Of a stretch of 64,000 nt of DNA, positions 1-9,448 are shown piece by piece (within the stretch, counting starts at the first letter, position 1; every line of letters begins with the position of its first letter). This DNA comes from an uncultured Chloroflexia bacterium. GTDB lineage: Bacteria > Chloroflexota > Chloroflexia > QHBQ01 > JADMIH01. The position numbers and the translations under genes are program-made. The stretch spans positions 640,001 to 704,000 of the forward strand of contig CAWCNY010000002.1 in the NCBI GenBank assembly GCA_963797095.1, given 5' to 3'. The notes below the pieces were generated by a model. That model was not told the DNA's origin. It saw only the letters and a program-made list of their open reading frames with translations, and did no database searches.

Positions 1-1749
1 AAGCATCAGCACCAGGCTCACACCTATCCCCACCCCGATGCTTTGTAGCACGATCTTGCGCGTATGCTGCCCGATAGCCACGATCTCCCCCACTTTACTC
101 ACATCGTCCACAAGCAGCACAATATCCGCCGCTTCTGCCGATATGCCCGTACCATGCGCCCCCATTGCCACCCCCACAGTCGCCGAGGCCAGCGCGGGCG
201 CGTCATTGATACCGTCGCCCACCATCACCAGCGGCTCATACCTGGCCTGCAACCTCCGGAGCGCCGCCACCTTCTCTTCGGGCAGCAATTCCGCCTCGAT
301 CTCTTGCACACCGGCCATCTTCGCCACCCTCTGCGCGTTGTCAAGCCTATCACCCGTCAGCATCACCGTATGCCGCACACCCAACCTGTCAAGCCGCTCC
401 ATAAGTTGCGGCACGCCCGGCCTCAATTGATCATCGAACGTCACCACGCCTACCAGCTTATGGTCCACAGCCACCATCGCGCTAAGCTCGTTGTTGCACG
501 GAACGCAGCCGGTTGCTTTGGGATCGCCATCTTTCAGGAACTCGCTCAGAAATCGCGGCGAGCCAACCACCACCTCATGACCGTCGAGATGGCCCACTAC
601 GCCTTTGCCTGAAACTTCGGTGACTTGCCTGGGCATAGATAGCGCCAAGCCCCGCGATTTCGCCCCATTGGTGATGGCCTGCCCCAGTACATGCGACGAT
701 AGCTGCTCCACGCTTGCTGCCGCCAGCAGCACCTGGTTAGGGCCAATGCTATTCAGCGCGACTACCTCCGACATAACCGGGCTGCCAAGCGTAAGCGTGC
801 CCGTCTTGTCGAACACTATCGCCTGCGCTCTCCCTATCTGCTCTATGGCCTTACCCCCCTTGACGATGATCCCTGCATGCGCGGCCCGGTTGATCCCGCT
901 AATAATAGCGATGGGCGCGGCCAGGATCAGTGGGCATGGGGTGGCGACCACCAGCACAGCCAGTATTGTCCTCGGGTCTCCTGTAACCGCCCACCCGAAC
1001 CCGCATATGATCAGTGTAAGGGGTGTGAACCACACGGCGAACCGGTCGGCCAGCCGCACGATAGGCGCTTTATCCTCCTGGGCTTGCCGCACCAGCGCCA
1101 CTATCCTGGCATACTGGCTCTCCTCGCTCACCGCCGTGGCGCGCATCTCAAACGCGCCGCCGCCGTTTACGCTTCCGCTCAGCAACCTGTCGCCCATCTT
1201 CCTGGGGCGCGCAAGTGGCTCGCCTGTCACCGCCGATTCGTCTATCTCAGCTTCCTCACTCAGCAAGGTGCCGTCTACCGGGATCAGCTCGCCGAGGCGC
1301 ACCACAAGGAGATCGTCGATTCGCACTTCCTCAACGGCGATCTCCTCAAGGTGATCATCTATTTTGCGCCTGGCTCTGCGCGGGGCGCGGGCGATCAGTA
1401 TCTCAAGCGATGATGATGCCCGCCGGAAGCCGTAATTCTCCAGGGCTTCTCCGCCCGACTGCATCAGCGTGACCAGCAACCCCGCGAATGGCTCGACCAT
1501 CACGACTGCGGTGACTATTGCAAGCATAGCCACAACATCGGATGCGAACTCTCCTCGCAGCATCCCGCGCACTGTGCGCCACACCAGCGGAGCGCCTCCC
1601 AGGATGAGCGTGCCTGTCCACACCCAATTCCCGGCCTCCGGCAAACTCAACAACCATGTCAGGATTGAACCGCCTGCCAGTCCAAGTAAGGCCACGAAGG
1701 GCACAGGGTTCGCTTTCAGGAAATGCCAGGTTTGCTCGCTACTCGTCAC
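1..1749 (-). CDS. Heavy-metal P-type ATPase, P1B-5-like (3' end beyond the window)
   Basis: Not in the ORF track because it runs off the edge. My translation of the minus strand shows VVATPCPLILA, FDKTGTLT, MVGDGINDAPALA and QSIGVGIGVSLVLM (Q-X4-G-X3-S-X3-M). The most upstream in-frame start is GTG at 1749, with an in-frame TGA at 1755-1753. Confidence 0.9.
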   Translation of the reverse strand, partial: MTSSEQTWHFLKANPVPFVALLGLAGGSILTWLLSLPEAGNWVWTGTLILGGAPLVWRTVRGMLRGEFASDVVAMLAIVTAVVMVEPFAGLLVTLMQSGGEALENYGFRRASSSLEILIARAPRRARRKIDDHLEEIAVEEVRIDDLLVVRLGELIPVDGTLLSEEAEIDESAVTGEPLARPRKMGDRLLSGSVNGGGAFEMRATAVSEESQYARIVALVRQAQEDKAPIVRLADRFAVWFTPLTLIICGFGWAVTGDPRTILAVLVVATPCPLILAAPIAIISGINRAAHAGIIVKGGKAIEQIGRAQAIVFDKTGTLTLGSPVMSEVVALNSIGPNQVLLAAASVEQLSSHVLGQAITNGAKSRGLALSMPRQVTEVSGKGVVGHLDGHEVVVGSPRFLSEFLKDGDPKATGCVPCNNELSAMVAVDHKLVGVVTFDDQLRPGVPQLMERLDRLGVRHTVMLTGDRLDNAQRVAKMAGVQEIEAELLPEEKVAALRRLQARYEPLVMVGDGINDAPALASATVGVAMGAHGTGISAEAADIVLLVDDVSKVGEIVAIGQHTRKIVLQSIGVGIGVSLVLML

Positions 1750-1817
1750 TCGTCACTCGTCACTCGTCACTCGTCACTCGTCACTCGTCACTCGTCACTC
1801 GTCACTCGTCACTCGTC
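1741..1817. repeat. Heptamer tandem repeat (ACTCGTC)x11
   Basis: Counted directly: 77 bp = 11 perfect units between the sqr-like gene and the ATPase start. Confidence 0.95.
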
Positions 1818-1824
1818 ATGCACT

Positions 1825-2967
1825 CTATATGACCCCGGTGGGCACGAGATACCAGTATGCTTTGTTGAAAGCCATCTTCTGCCAGTGAACGATAGTGGTC
1901 GGCTCGTGCACCTGGGGTGCTCTGTTATAGTCAAAGTCGAGCATGCTGGCCTTGTCGTAGCCAGCCTCCAGGAAGCACATAACGTGTCCTTCGTACTCCG
2001 CATGCTTGGGGTCGACCTCTGTGCCCCGCACTTCCGCCACGATCTGCTCCACCACCACGGGTGCTTCGAAGTGCGCCGTGCTACCCGCCTTGCTGATCGG
2101 TAGGTCGGTGGCATCGCCCAAAGCCCACATGTTGGGGTGGTCCTTTACCCGCAAGCTCGACCTGTCCGTCTTGATCCACCCCTGTGCATCGGCGATCGGG
2201 TGCCCTTGCAGGAAGGCGGCTCCCCTGTGCGGGGGCACCATCACCAGCAGGTCATAATGCAGGTCTGTGCCCTCCATGCTGCGCGCTATCTTCTCCTCGG
2301 GCAGCACCTCGTCCAGGTTGAAGAAGGTTTCGATCTGCACCCCACGCTTCTCAAGCATAGGCTGGGCAACCTCGGCCACCGACTCGATGGTGAACACACG
2401 GTTGAGCGGGAATGTGTATGTGATCTCCGAGCGGTTCCGAATGCCGCGCTTGGTCAGATACTCTTCCAGCAGGAACGTGAACTCCAGTGGAGCCACGGGG
2501 CACTTATACGGTAGCCCGCCCACACCGACTACCACCCGCCCGCCTGAAAACTCCTCAAGAGCGGCATGCAACTCCCAGGCGGCCTCTTCCGTGTAGAAAT
2601 GGTGCCCGCCTTCCGCCAGTCCCGGAATATCGGTTGGTGTGGGTGTCGACCCGGTCGCGATGACCAGGTAGTCGTAGTCGATGTCGCGTGTGTCGTCCAG
2701 CCTCACCGTCTGCTTCTCGGTGTCGAGGCCCGTGACGTTGCCGTGCAGTAGCTGCACCTTCTTGTTCAGCAGGTGTCGCTCCGATCTGCTCAGCTTGCGG
2801 GGGTCCTGTCTCCCGAACGGCACGTAGAGCCATCCGGGCTGGTACAGGTGGCGGTTGCTTGAGCTAATCACGCTGATGCGCGCTTCTGAGCCCTTCAGCT
2901 TCTTCGCGAGCAGGTTCGCCGCCAGCGTTCCGCCCGTGCCCCCGCCGACTATCACTATTCGTTTCAT
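1825..2967 (-). CDS. sqr: Sulfide:quinone oxidoreductase-like FAD/NAD(P)-dependent oxidoreductase
   Basis: N-terminal GGGTGG Rossmann motif, HLYQPG, YKCPVAPLE, ALGDATDLP-SKAGS, C-terminal VMCFLEAG; sits among TusA/DsrE genes. Confidence 0.8.
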   Translation of the reverse strand: MKRIVIVGGGTGGTLAANLLAKKLKGSEARISVISSSNRHLYQPGWLYVPFGRQDPRKLSRSERHLLNKKVQLLHGNVTGLDTEKQTVRLDDTRDIDYDYLVIATGSTPTPTDIPGLAEGGHHFYTEEAAWELHAALEEFSGGRVVVGVGGLPYKCPVAPLEFTFLLEEYLTKRGIRNRSEITYTFPLNRVFTIESVAEVAQPMLEKRGVQIETFFNLDEVLPEEKIARSMEGTDLHYDLLVMVPPHRGAAFLQGHPIADAQGWIKTDRSSLRVKDHPNMWALGDATDLPISKAGSTAHFEAPVVVEQIVAEVRGTEVDPKHAEYEGHVMCFLEAGYDKASMLDFDYNRAPQVHEPTTIVHWQKMAFNKAYWYLVPTGVI

Positions 2968-2983
2968 GGCTTGTTACTCCGAT

Positions 2984-3223
2984 CTACTTGATCTTGCGCA
3001 CGATGAAGCGTGTGCCGCCCTCGGTAGGCTCCGAGCCAATGTATTCTTGCCCGGCTTTCTGCACCCATGCCGGTATATCTTTCTTGCTTCCTTCGTCGCC
3101 AGATATGACCGCCAGCACCTCACCCACGTGAGCCATCCTTATGTTGCGGATAAGCTCCATCAAAGGCCCAGGGCAGAAGCTGCCGCGAGCATCTATCTCT
3201 TTTGTGATTCTGATTACTTCCAT
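2984..3223 (-). CDS. tusA: TusA/SirA family sulfur carrier
   Basis: 79 aa, DARGSFCPGP (CPxP) motif. Confidence 0.9.
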   Translation of the reverse strand: MEVIRITKEIDARGSFCPGPLMELIRNIRMAHVGEVLAVISGDEGSKKDIPAWVQKAGQEYIGSEPTEGGTRFIVRKIK

Positions 3224-3264
3224 TGAATTCTCCTCATAAAATGCTATGCCAATTGTGTCTCAGG

Positions 3265-3684
3265 CTAGATGAACAGCGTAGTGCCGCCTTCGGCATCCTC
3301 CACGAATGTCGCGACGCCGGTCACTTCGCTGACCACCGGCTCCAGGTCTTCCAGCTTAATGTTGAACAACTCCATGGTGGCGCTGCACGCCTTGATAGTG
3401 ACGTTGCCAATCTCCATAGCCGTCTGCAAGGTCTCCATCCAGGGCGGTACATTCTTGGCCTTCATCATTTCCATGGCAGGCCCTGCATAATCCTCGAAAT
3501 CCTTGCTGAAGCGCTTATTGGTCTTCCAGTCGTCTTTGCGGAAGGCCACCACGCCCCAGAAGGTGAGGAACAGCGTTACTTCTTTGTCCATCGCCGCGGC
3601 CCCGCTCACCAGCGTCGCCGCCGCCACCAACTTGTCAACAGTGCCGGAAAAGAGCACTATCGAGAACTTCTCTTTGTCTTCCAC
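3265..3684 (-). CDS. DsrE/DsrF/DrsH-like (DsrE2) protein
   Basis: LFSGTVDK, AAAMDKEVTLFLTFWG, IKACSATM, GVATFV...TTLFI. Confidence 0.85.
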   Translation of the reverse strand: MEDKEKFSIVLFSGTVDKLVAAATLVSGAAAMDKEVTLFLTFWGVVAFRKDDWKTNKRFSKDFEDYAGPAMEMMKAKNVPPWMETLQTAMEIGNVTIKACSATMELFNIKLEDLEPVVSEVTGVATFVEDAEGGTTLFI

Positions 3685-3786
3685 TTCTTTGGGTCCTTTC
3701 TAAGTCTTGCGCCCGGCGGCAGGCCATAGTTACTCACACCGCCGGTATTCTGCGGTATAGTCTCAATTTCCCATTGTCTGTCGTGT

Positions 3787-4368
3787 CTAGAACGTCAGGG
3801 AGATAGCGTTCTCGGCTGCGAACTCCAGGAATGTGGCCGCCCCGCCGATCTCCACACTATCGATCAAATCTTCCTTCTTGACTCCCATCACGTCCATCGT
3901 CATCTGGCAGGCTATCAACTTTACGCCCATCTCCTGGGCCATCTCCAACAGCTCGCTCAGCTTGGCGACGTTGGCTTTCTTCATCCAGTTGTTCATCATC
4001 GCGGTCGCCATGTGCGTCATACCCGGCAGCATACCGACTATATTGGGCACCGGCACCGGCATAGCGGGGTTGGCGATGGGGGCCACCTGGAGGTGGTCTG
4101 CCTTGCCCTTCTTCACGATGTCCAGTCCGTAGAACGTGAAGAAGATGGTAACTTCCATGTCCATGGCCGCTGCCGCCGTGGCGAGGATCAATGGCGGGTA
4201 CGCCAAGTCCAGCGTGCCGTGCAGCGCGATGATCGCGAGCCTGTTGGCGGTTTGTGGTTTTACAGGCTGTGGCTGCGGGTAGGGCCGAATCTCCGGCTCG
4301 CCTCTCAATTCCGCGACCAACTCGGACTCAATAGGCTTGGTGGTTGTGGGTGCTTCTTGGGTAATCAT
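3787..4368 (-). CDS. DsrE/DsrF/DrsH-like (DsrE2) protein
   Basis: GTLDLAYPPLILA, FFTFYGL, LIACQMTMDVMG, GGAATFL. Confidence 0.88.
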   Translation of the reverse strand: MITQEAPTTTKPIESELVAELRGEPEIRPYPQPQPVKPQTANRLAIIALHGTLDLAYPPLILATAAAAMDMEVTIFFTFYGLDIVKKGKADHLQVAPIANPAMPVPVPNIVGMLPGMTHMATAMMNNWMKKANVAKLSELLEMAQEMGVKLIACQMTMDVMGVKKEDLIDSVEIGGAATFLEFAAENAISLTF

Positions 4369-4384
4369 TTGCAGCCTCCTATCG

Positions 4385-4630
4385 TTACTGCGCCTTCTGA
4401 ATGAAGAATATATACTTGCCGCCTTCCTGCTCCGACCCGATGAGGGTATGGCCGGTCTTTCGAGTGAAAGCCGCCACGTCGCTCACTGAGCCGGGATCGG
4501 TGGCGATCAACTTGAGCACCTGCCCCGCCTGCAACCCGTCGATAGCCTTCTTCGTTTTGAGGATCGGCATCGGGCAGGCCAGGCCGGTGCAATCGAGCAC
4601 CTGATCCGGAACCGTAGTTATCGTTGACAT
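4385..4630 (-). CDS. tusA: TusA/SirA family sulfur carrier
   Basis: LDCTGLACPMPILKTKKA, ATDPGS. Confidence 0.9.
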   Translation of the reverse strand: MSTITTVPDQVLDCTGLACPMPILKTKKAIDGLQAGQVLKLIATDPGSVSDVAAFTRKTGHTLIGSEQEGGKYIFFIQKAQ

Positions 4631-4671
4631 CGTTCGTACTCCTTTCCGGCAGCGCCGGTAATATCAGCCTC

Positions 4672-5433
4672 TTAGCCTTCGATTATGCTCATAGCCGCGA
4701 TAGTGTGTAGCCTCTCCATGAGGTCGGCACGCTCGCGCGAGACCTCTTCAAGAGTATGAGCCATGCTTTTGAGCCAGCTTCCAAGCTGCGCCTGCTTGTG
4801 CTCGTCCAATGTCTGTATCGAGCAGGCAGCTTCGTTCAGTTCCTCAGGGTCAAGCCCGTATTCCCGGGCCAGCCGGGTGCACCGCCCCGCTTCTTCCTCC
4901 GGATCGGGCGTTTGCGTGTAGAATTGCCCCGCCACAATCGTGGCCGCCGGCGTGCCTTTCAACTCGATGGGTGCGCCGGCGTACTGCAACCCGGCGTGGC
5001 AAGTTGCGACTCTAGGCTCGGGGTCTATCCTGTTCGCTAGCCTGCGCCACGAAACGGCACACGCTTGCCGTCCCTTCTCGGTGGAGCGGATGATCTCACA
5101 GAAGCGGCACGAGTTGCTGATCTCGGTCAATGGCTCGCCGCCGAGGTCTGTCGTTACGGCCCCTACCTCGGTGATTTCACCGAACACATTCTGGATCATC
5201 TGGACGCAATGAATTGGGAGCGCCTGGGTGGCGTCGCTGTGGCCGTTGCCTCCCGATGCGGTCTGAGAAGGGCGCGAGCCGAAAAGAAAAGAAGTCACCT
5301 CAGTGCGCGAGAAGCGCCACTGGTGACCTATCTTCACCCCCGCAAGCCTGCCATCCTTGAGCATCCGGTAGACAGTAAGCCGGTCTACCTTGAGCAGGTC
5401 TTGTACCTCTTTGACCGTGAGTAGCTCTTCCAT
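4672..5433 (-). CDS. Transcriptional regulator: excisionase-like HTH plus PocR sensory domain
   Basis: MEELLTVKEVQDLLKVDRLTVYRMLKDGRL..KIGHQWRF (HTH_17), then SCRFCEIIRS..C..S and CHAGL (PocR). Start moved to ATG 5433. Confidence 0.85.
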   Translation of the reverse strand: MEELLTVKEVQDLLKVDRLTVYRMLKDGRLAGVKIGHQWRFSRTEVTSFLFGSRPSQTASGGNGHSDATQALPIHCVQMIQNVFGEITEVGAVTTDLGGEPLTEISNSCRFCEIIRSTEKGRQACAVSWRRLANRIDPEPRVATCHAGLQYAGAPIELKGTPAATIVAGQFYTQTPDPEEEAGRCTRLAREYGLDPEELNEAACSIQTLDEHKQAQLGSWLKSMAHTLEEVSRERADLMERLHTIAAMSIIEG

Positions 5434-5453
5434 TCGTGACCTTTCCGCCGGGC

Positions 5454-5486
5454 TTGATATATCAACATATATCAGCATGTATCACA
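5454..5486. promoter_or_regulatory. Putative operator: palindrome TTGATATATCAA plus three 10-bp direct repeats
   Basis: ATATATCAAC / ATATATCAGC / ATGTATCACA at 5457, 5467 and 5477, just upstream of the regulator. Confidence 0.55.
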
Positions 5487-5751
5487 AACTCACTATGACT
5501 CGGGGAGGTAAACGCCAGGGTTGCCGAGGGGTTAATAAAGGTGTCAGTTTACGGTGCCTCGCCCGCCGCTCGAACTCGATAGCTCCATGATGAACTGGCT
5601 TTGGCGCTGGCACTTTCCTTGCAAGCTACTTATACTTCTGATACTCTGTCGTCATATTAGTTAGGTTGCGTCCTTCATTTTCCCATGCTCAACCCTACGC
5701 TTTTATTTGGAGATTTGCTCCAGGAGGACGCTTGTTGATTAGGAGGCCACT

Positions 5752-8700
5752 ATGGTGAAAAAGATGGGCGTGCGCCACTTTGAATTTCACGTATCGCGCC
5801 AGTCACGCGACCACTACCAGTTCGACCAGTTCTTTTATCAATTGACCGGGAATGTTATCTTCGCTAATTTTCATGCTGCCCGTGTTTTTGCCCAGCGCAT
5901 GAACGAAAAACGAGATCTCGCCAACTATCCTGAGCAGGCCGTCCGCGCCGGCCAGGTCAACGCCATGGGCCTGATCGACGAAATCTCGCACTTGCTGGTC
6001 GAATACTACCGGCAGCAGGTCAACCCCAATATCATTAGCGATGCGTTGGAGGCCCTTGACTCCAGGTTTGGTCCGGACGCGGTTGACCGCGTGATAGAGC
6101 GTTTCGCTGATGAGTTCCCCGCGCTGGCCGTTTACAGGCGCGAGCAAAGCCTGATCGACTGGCTTCAGGGCGAAACTGACGGCTTTTCTAACCGCGAAAT
6201 CGCCCTCGAAGAGACTTTAATGCTCTGGCTCTCCAACATGAACCCCGCCTTTTCACCTTACATGGAGCTGTTCGACGATCAGAGTCTGGAGAAGCGTACT
6301 ATTTACCCCCAGCTCTTCCCTGCCCTTCGCGAATACTTTGCTGGGCAGCCCGGCTTCGGCCCAGGGGGTGAAAACCTGCTCGATGCGTTGCGTGCCCCCG
6401 CCCTTGCCGCTCCTCACTCATTGACAGCCCAACTTGAGTACATCCGCCAGAGCTGGGGGTTCATGCTCAGCAAAGCTCTCTATCGCCTGCTTGGCAGCCT
6501 CGACCTGATCCAGGAGGAGGAAAAGGCGATCTTCGCGGGTGGCGGTCCCGGCCCTTCCGAGGTGTACGAGTTCGCGGGCCTGGAGGCCGACCCGGAGCGT
6601 TACACCATGGACCGCGAATGGATGCCTCGTCTTGTGCTCATCGCCAAGAACGCCTATGTATGGCTCGACCAGCTTTCCCGCTTTTACGGGCGGCCAATTA
6701 CCACCCTCGACCAGGTGCCCGATGAAGAACTGGACCGTCTGGCTCGCTACGGTTTCACCGGCCTCTGGCTGATAGGCCTCTGGGAGCGCAGCCATGCTTC
6801 CAAGACAATCAAGCAGCTCATGGGCAACGCTGATGCTGTCGCTTCTGCCTACTCCCTGCTCGACTACCGGATCGCGGACGACCTCGGCGGCGAGGAAGCC
6901 GTGAACAACCTGCGCCGGCGCGCCTGGGCCAGGGGCATCCGCCTCGCCAGCGATATGGTGCCCAACCACATGGGCATCGACTCGACCTGGGTTATGGAGC
7001 ACCCTGATTGGTTCGTCCAGGCGCCCTACAGCCCCTTCCCTTCCTACAACTTCAACGGGCCAAACCTCTCCCCTGATGGCCGAGTCGGCATCTACCTGGA
7101 AGATCACTACTTCGACCGCACCGATGCGGCTGTGGTCTTCAAGCGCGTCGATCACAACACGGGCGAAACGCGCTATATCTATCACGGCAACGACGGTACG
7201 AGCATGCCCTGGAACGACACCGCCCAGCTTAACTATCTCATGCCGGAGGTGCGCGAGGCCGTCATCCAGACCATCCTCAATGTGGCTCGCCAGTTCCCGG
7301 TAATCCGGTTCGACGCGGCCATGACTCTCGCCAAGCGGCACGTCCAGCGCCTCTGGTTCCCTGAGCCAGGCACAGGCGGCGCGATCGCTTCGCGCTCTGA
7401 TTTCGCCATGACCAAGCAGCAGTTCGACGAGCTAATGCCCCAGGAGTTCTGGCGCGAGGTAGTCGACCGTGCCGCCGTCGAAGCGCCCGACACCCTCCTG
7501 CTGGCCGAGGCATTCTGGATGCTCGAAGGCTACTTCGTGCGCACTCTTGGTATGCACCGCGTCTACAACAGCGCCTTCATGAACATGATCCGCGACGAGG
7601 AGAACGCCAAGTACCGCACCCTGATTAAAAACACCCTTGAGTTCGACCCTGAGATCCTCAAGCGCTACGTCAACTTCATGAACAACCCCGACGAGCGTAC
7701 CGCCGTTGACCAGTTCGGCAAGGGCGATAAGTACTTCGGCGTCTGCACCCTCATGGTCACCCTGCCCGGCCTCCCCATGATCGGCCACGGCCAGATAGAG
7801 GGCTTCGCCGAGAAGTACGGCATGGAGTACCGCCGCGCCTACTGGGACGAAAGCCCCGACCCCTGGCTCGTCGAGCGCCACGAGCGCGAGATCGTGCCTC
7901 TGCTGCACAAGCGCTACCTCTTCGCGGGCGTCGAGAACTATCTCCTCTACGATTTCTTTGCTACCGACGGCTCGGTCAACGAGGATGTGTTCGCCTATTC
8001 TAACCGCGCCAACGACGAGCGTTCTCTTGTCGTGATCCATAACAAGTTCGCCACGGCTCGCGGGTGGGCCCGTTCATCTGTGCCTTTCTCGGTCAAGACC
8101 GGCAACGGCGACGAGCGCACCATACAACATCGCAGCCTTGGCGAGGGTTTGGCTATCAACCCCGGCGCCAACCTCTTCACGATCTTCCGCGATCAGGCGA
8201 CCGGCCTCGAATATATCAGGTCCAATACCGAGCTGCGTGACCGGGGTCTTTACCTTGAGCTTGGTGCGTATAAAACGCACGTTTTCCTCGATTTCCACGA
8301 GGTGCAAGACAACGAATGGAACCACTACCGCAACCTCGTTGATTATCTGAACGGGCAGGGCGTGCCCAGCATAGACGAAGCCCTGCGCGAAACGTTCCTG
8401 CAGCCGATCTATGCCCCTTATCGCGAACTGGTCAACGCCGACCTCTTCAGGCGCATAATCGCGCAACGAACACCCGCTGACGATAAGGACGATAAGCAGG
8501 TAAGCGAAACCAACGACCGAGAGGCCCTGCTGGACGAAGTAGAGCAGAAGATGCTCCGCCTCGCGCAAGAGGTCAAGTCGTACACCCAGGGCAGCGGCGA
8601 TGCGGAAGCCCTCGCGAAAGAGGTTCGCGCCCAACTGGAAACACTCCTTGACTTCGACAACCTGCCTGTGGGCGCTGGCAAGGCAAGTGCATCAACCTAT

Positions 8701-9303
8701 GCATCCGCCGTCGAAAGCATCCGTGCGGGCCTCGGCAGCGATGATTGGACCTGGGGCGCGCTCCTTGCCTGGTTATTCACCCACTCGCTGGGTAAACTCG
8801 TCACCGAGACCGATTTCGCGGGTCAAAGCCGAAGCTGGGTGGACGAGTGGTTGCTGCGCAAGATCATCACCGAAACCCTCAAGAACCTGGGTGCCGACGA
8901 AGCAACCGCCGCGCGTGGCATCTTGCTGGTCAACGCCCTGATCAGCCAGCAGCAAAGCCTCACCACCCTGAAAGGAGAATCAAAGCCTGCCTACTGCGCT
9001 CTCGAAGCGTGGCTCAGGGACGACGATGTGCGTGGCTTCATCCAGGTGAACCGCTACCAGAACGTGCTCTGGTACAACAAGGAGGCCTTCGACCAGTTGC
9101 TCGGTCTGATGCTGCTGGTATCCCTCATCGACCAGGCCCGTCAACCCGATCAGAAGCCAGCGGATCTTGCCAGGGAGATTAAGGACCTCCAGGCGATTAT
9201 CAGCGCCCTGCAACAGGCGCAGTCAGAATCCGCCTACCGTATAGACAACCTTCTCGCCGCCGCACGAGGCGATAAACCCGCGTTGGCCTCGCCGCTGGCC
9301 TAG
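5752..9303 (+). CDS. Large alpha-amylase family (GH13) glycoside hydrolase
   Basis: SDMVPNH, IRFDAAM, LAEAFW and NNPDE conserved GH13 regions; AGGAGG RBS. Confidence 0.85.
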   Translation: MVKKMGVRHFEFHVSRQSRDHYQFDQFFYQLTGNVIFANFHAARVFAQRMNEKRDLANYPEQAVRAGQVNAMGLIDEISHLLVEYYRQQVNPNIISDALEALDSRFGPDAVDRVIERFADEFPALAVYRREQSLIDWLQGETDGFSNREIALEETLMLWLSNMNPAFSPYMELFDDQSLEKRTIYPQLFPALREYFAGQPGFGPGGENLLDALRAPALAAPHSLTAQLEYIRQSWGFMLSKALYRLLGSLDLIQEEEKAIFAGGGPGPSEVYEFAGLEADPERYTMDREWMPRLVLIAKNAYVWLDQLSRFYGRPITTLDQVPDEELDRLARYGFTGLWLIGLWERSHASKTIKQLMGNADAVASAYSLLDYRIADDLGGEEAVNNLRRRAWARGIRLASDMVPNHMGIDSTWVMEHPDWFVQAPYSPFPSYNFNGPNLSPDGRVGIYLEDHYFDRTDAAVVFKRVDHNTGETRYIYHGNDGTSMPWNDTAQLNYLMPEVREAVIQTILNVARQFPVIRFDAAMTLAKRHVQRLWFPEPGTGGAIASRSDFAMTKQQFDELMPQEFWREVVDRAAVEAPDTLLLAEAFWMLEGYFVRTLGMHRVYNSAFMNMIRDEENAKYRTLIKNTLEFDPEILKRYVNFMNNPDERTAVDQFGKGDKYFGVCTLMVTLPGLPMIGHGQIEGFAEKYGMEYRRAYWDESPDPWLVERHEREIVPLLHKRYLFAGVENYLLYDFFATDGSVNEDVFAYSNRANDERSLVVIHNKFATARGWARSSVPFSVKTGNGDERTIQHRSLGEGLAINPGANLFTIFRDQATGLEYIRSNTELRDRGLYLELGAYKTHVFLDFHEVQDNEWNHYRNLVDYLNGQGVPSIDEALRETFLQPIYAPYRELVNADLFRRIIAQRTPADDKDDKQVSETNDREALLDEVEQKMLRLAQEVKSYTQGSGDAEALAKEVRAQLETLLDFDNLPVGAGKASASTYASAVESIRAGLGSDDWTWGALLAWLFTHSLGKLVTETDFAGQSRSWVDEWLLRKIITETLKNLGADEATAARGILLVNALISQQQSLTTLKGESKPAYCALEAWLRDDDVRGFIQVNRYQNVLWYNKEAFDQLLGLMLLVSLIDQARQPDQKPADLAREIKDLQAIISALQQAQSESAYRIDNLLAAARGDKPALASPLA

Positions 9304-9320
9304 CCGTTCGCAAGAAGTCT

Positions 9321-9344
9321 GTAGGGGCGAGGCATGCCTGCCCT
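9321..9344 (+). repeat. GTAG-type REP-like palindrome
   Basis: GTAGGGGCGAGGCATGCCTGCCCT between convergent genes. Confidence 0.5.
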
Positions 9345-9448
9345 TTACCCCGTCACGCCAAGCCTTAGCACATCCCCAACGTGACACCCTTCGCCCCTGG
9401 CTGCCCCACCCATGCCCTCATCTGATCAATCGCTGAACTTGCGAGTGC

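Noticed and set aside
38-1472. Plus-strand ORFs 38..430, 64..612, 605..1354 and 877..1413
   Set aside because: Antisense shadows of the minus-strand P-type ATPase.
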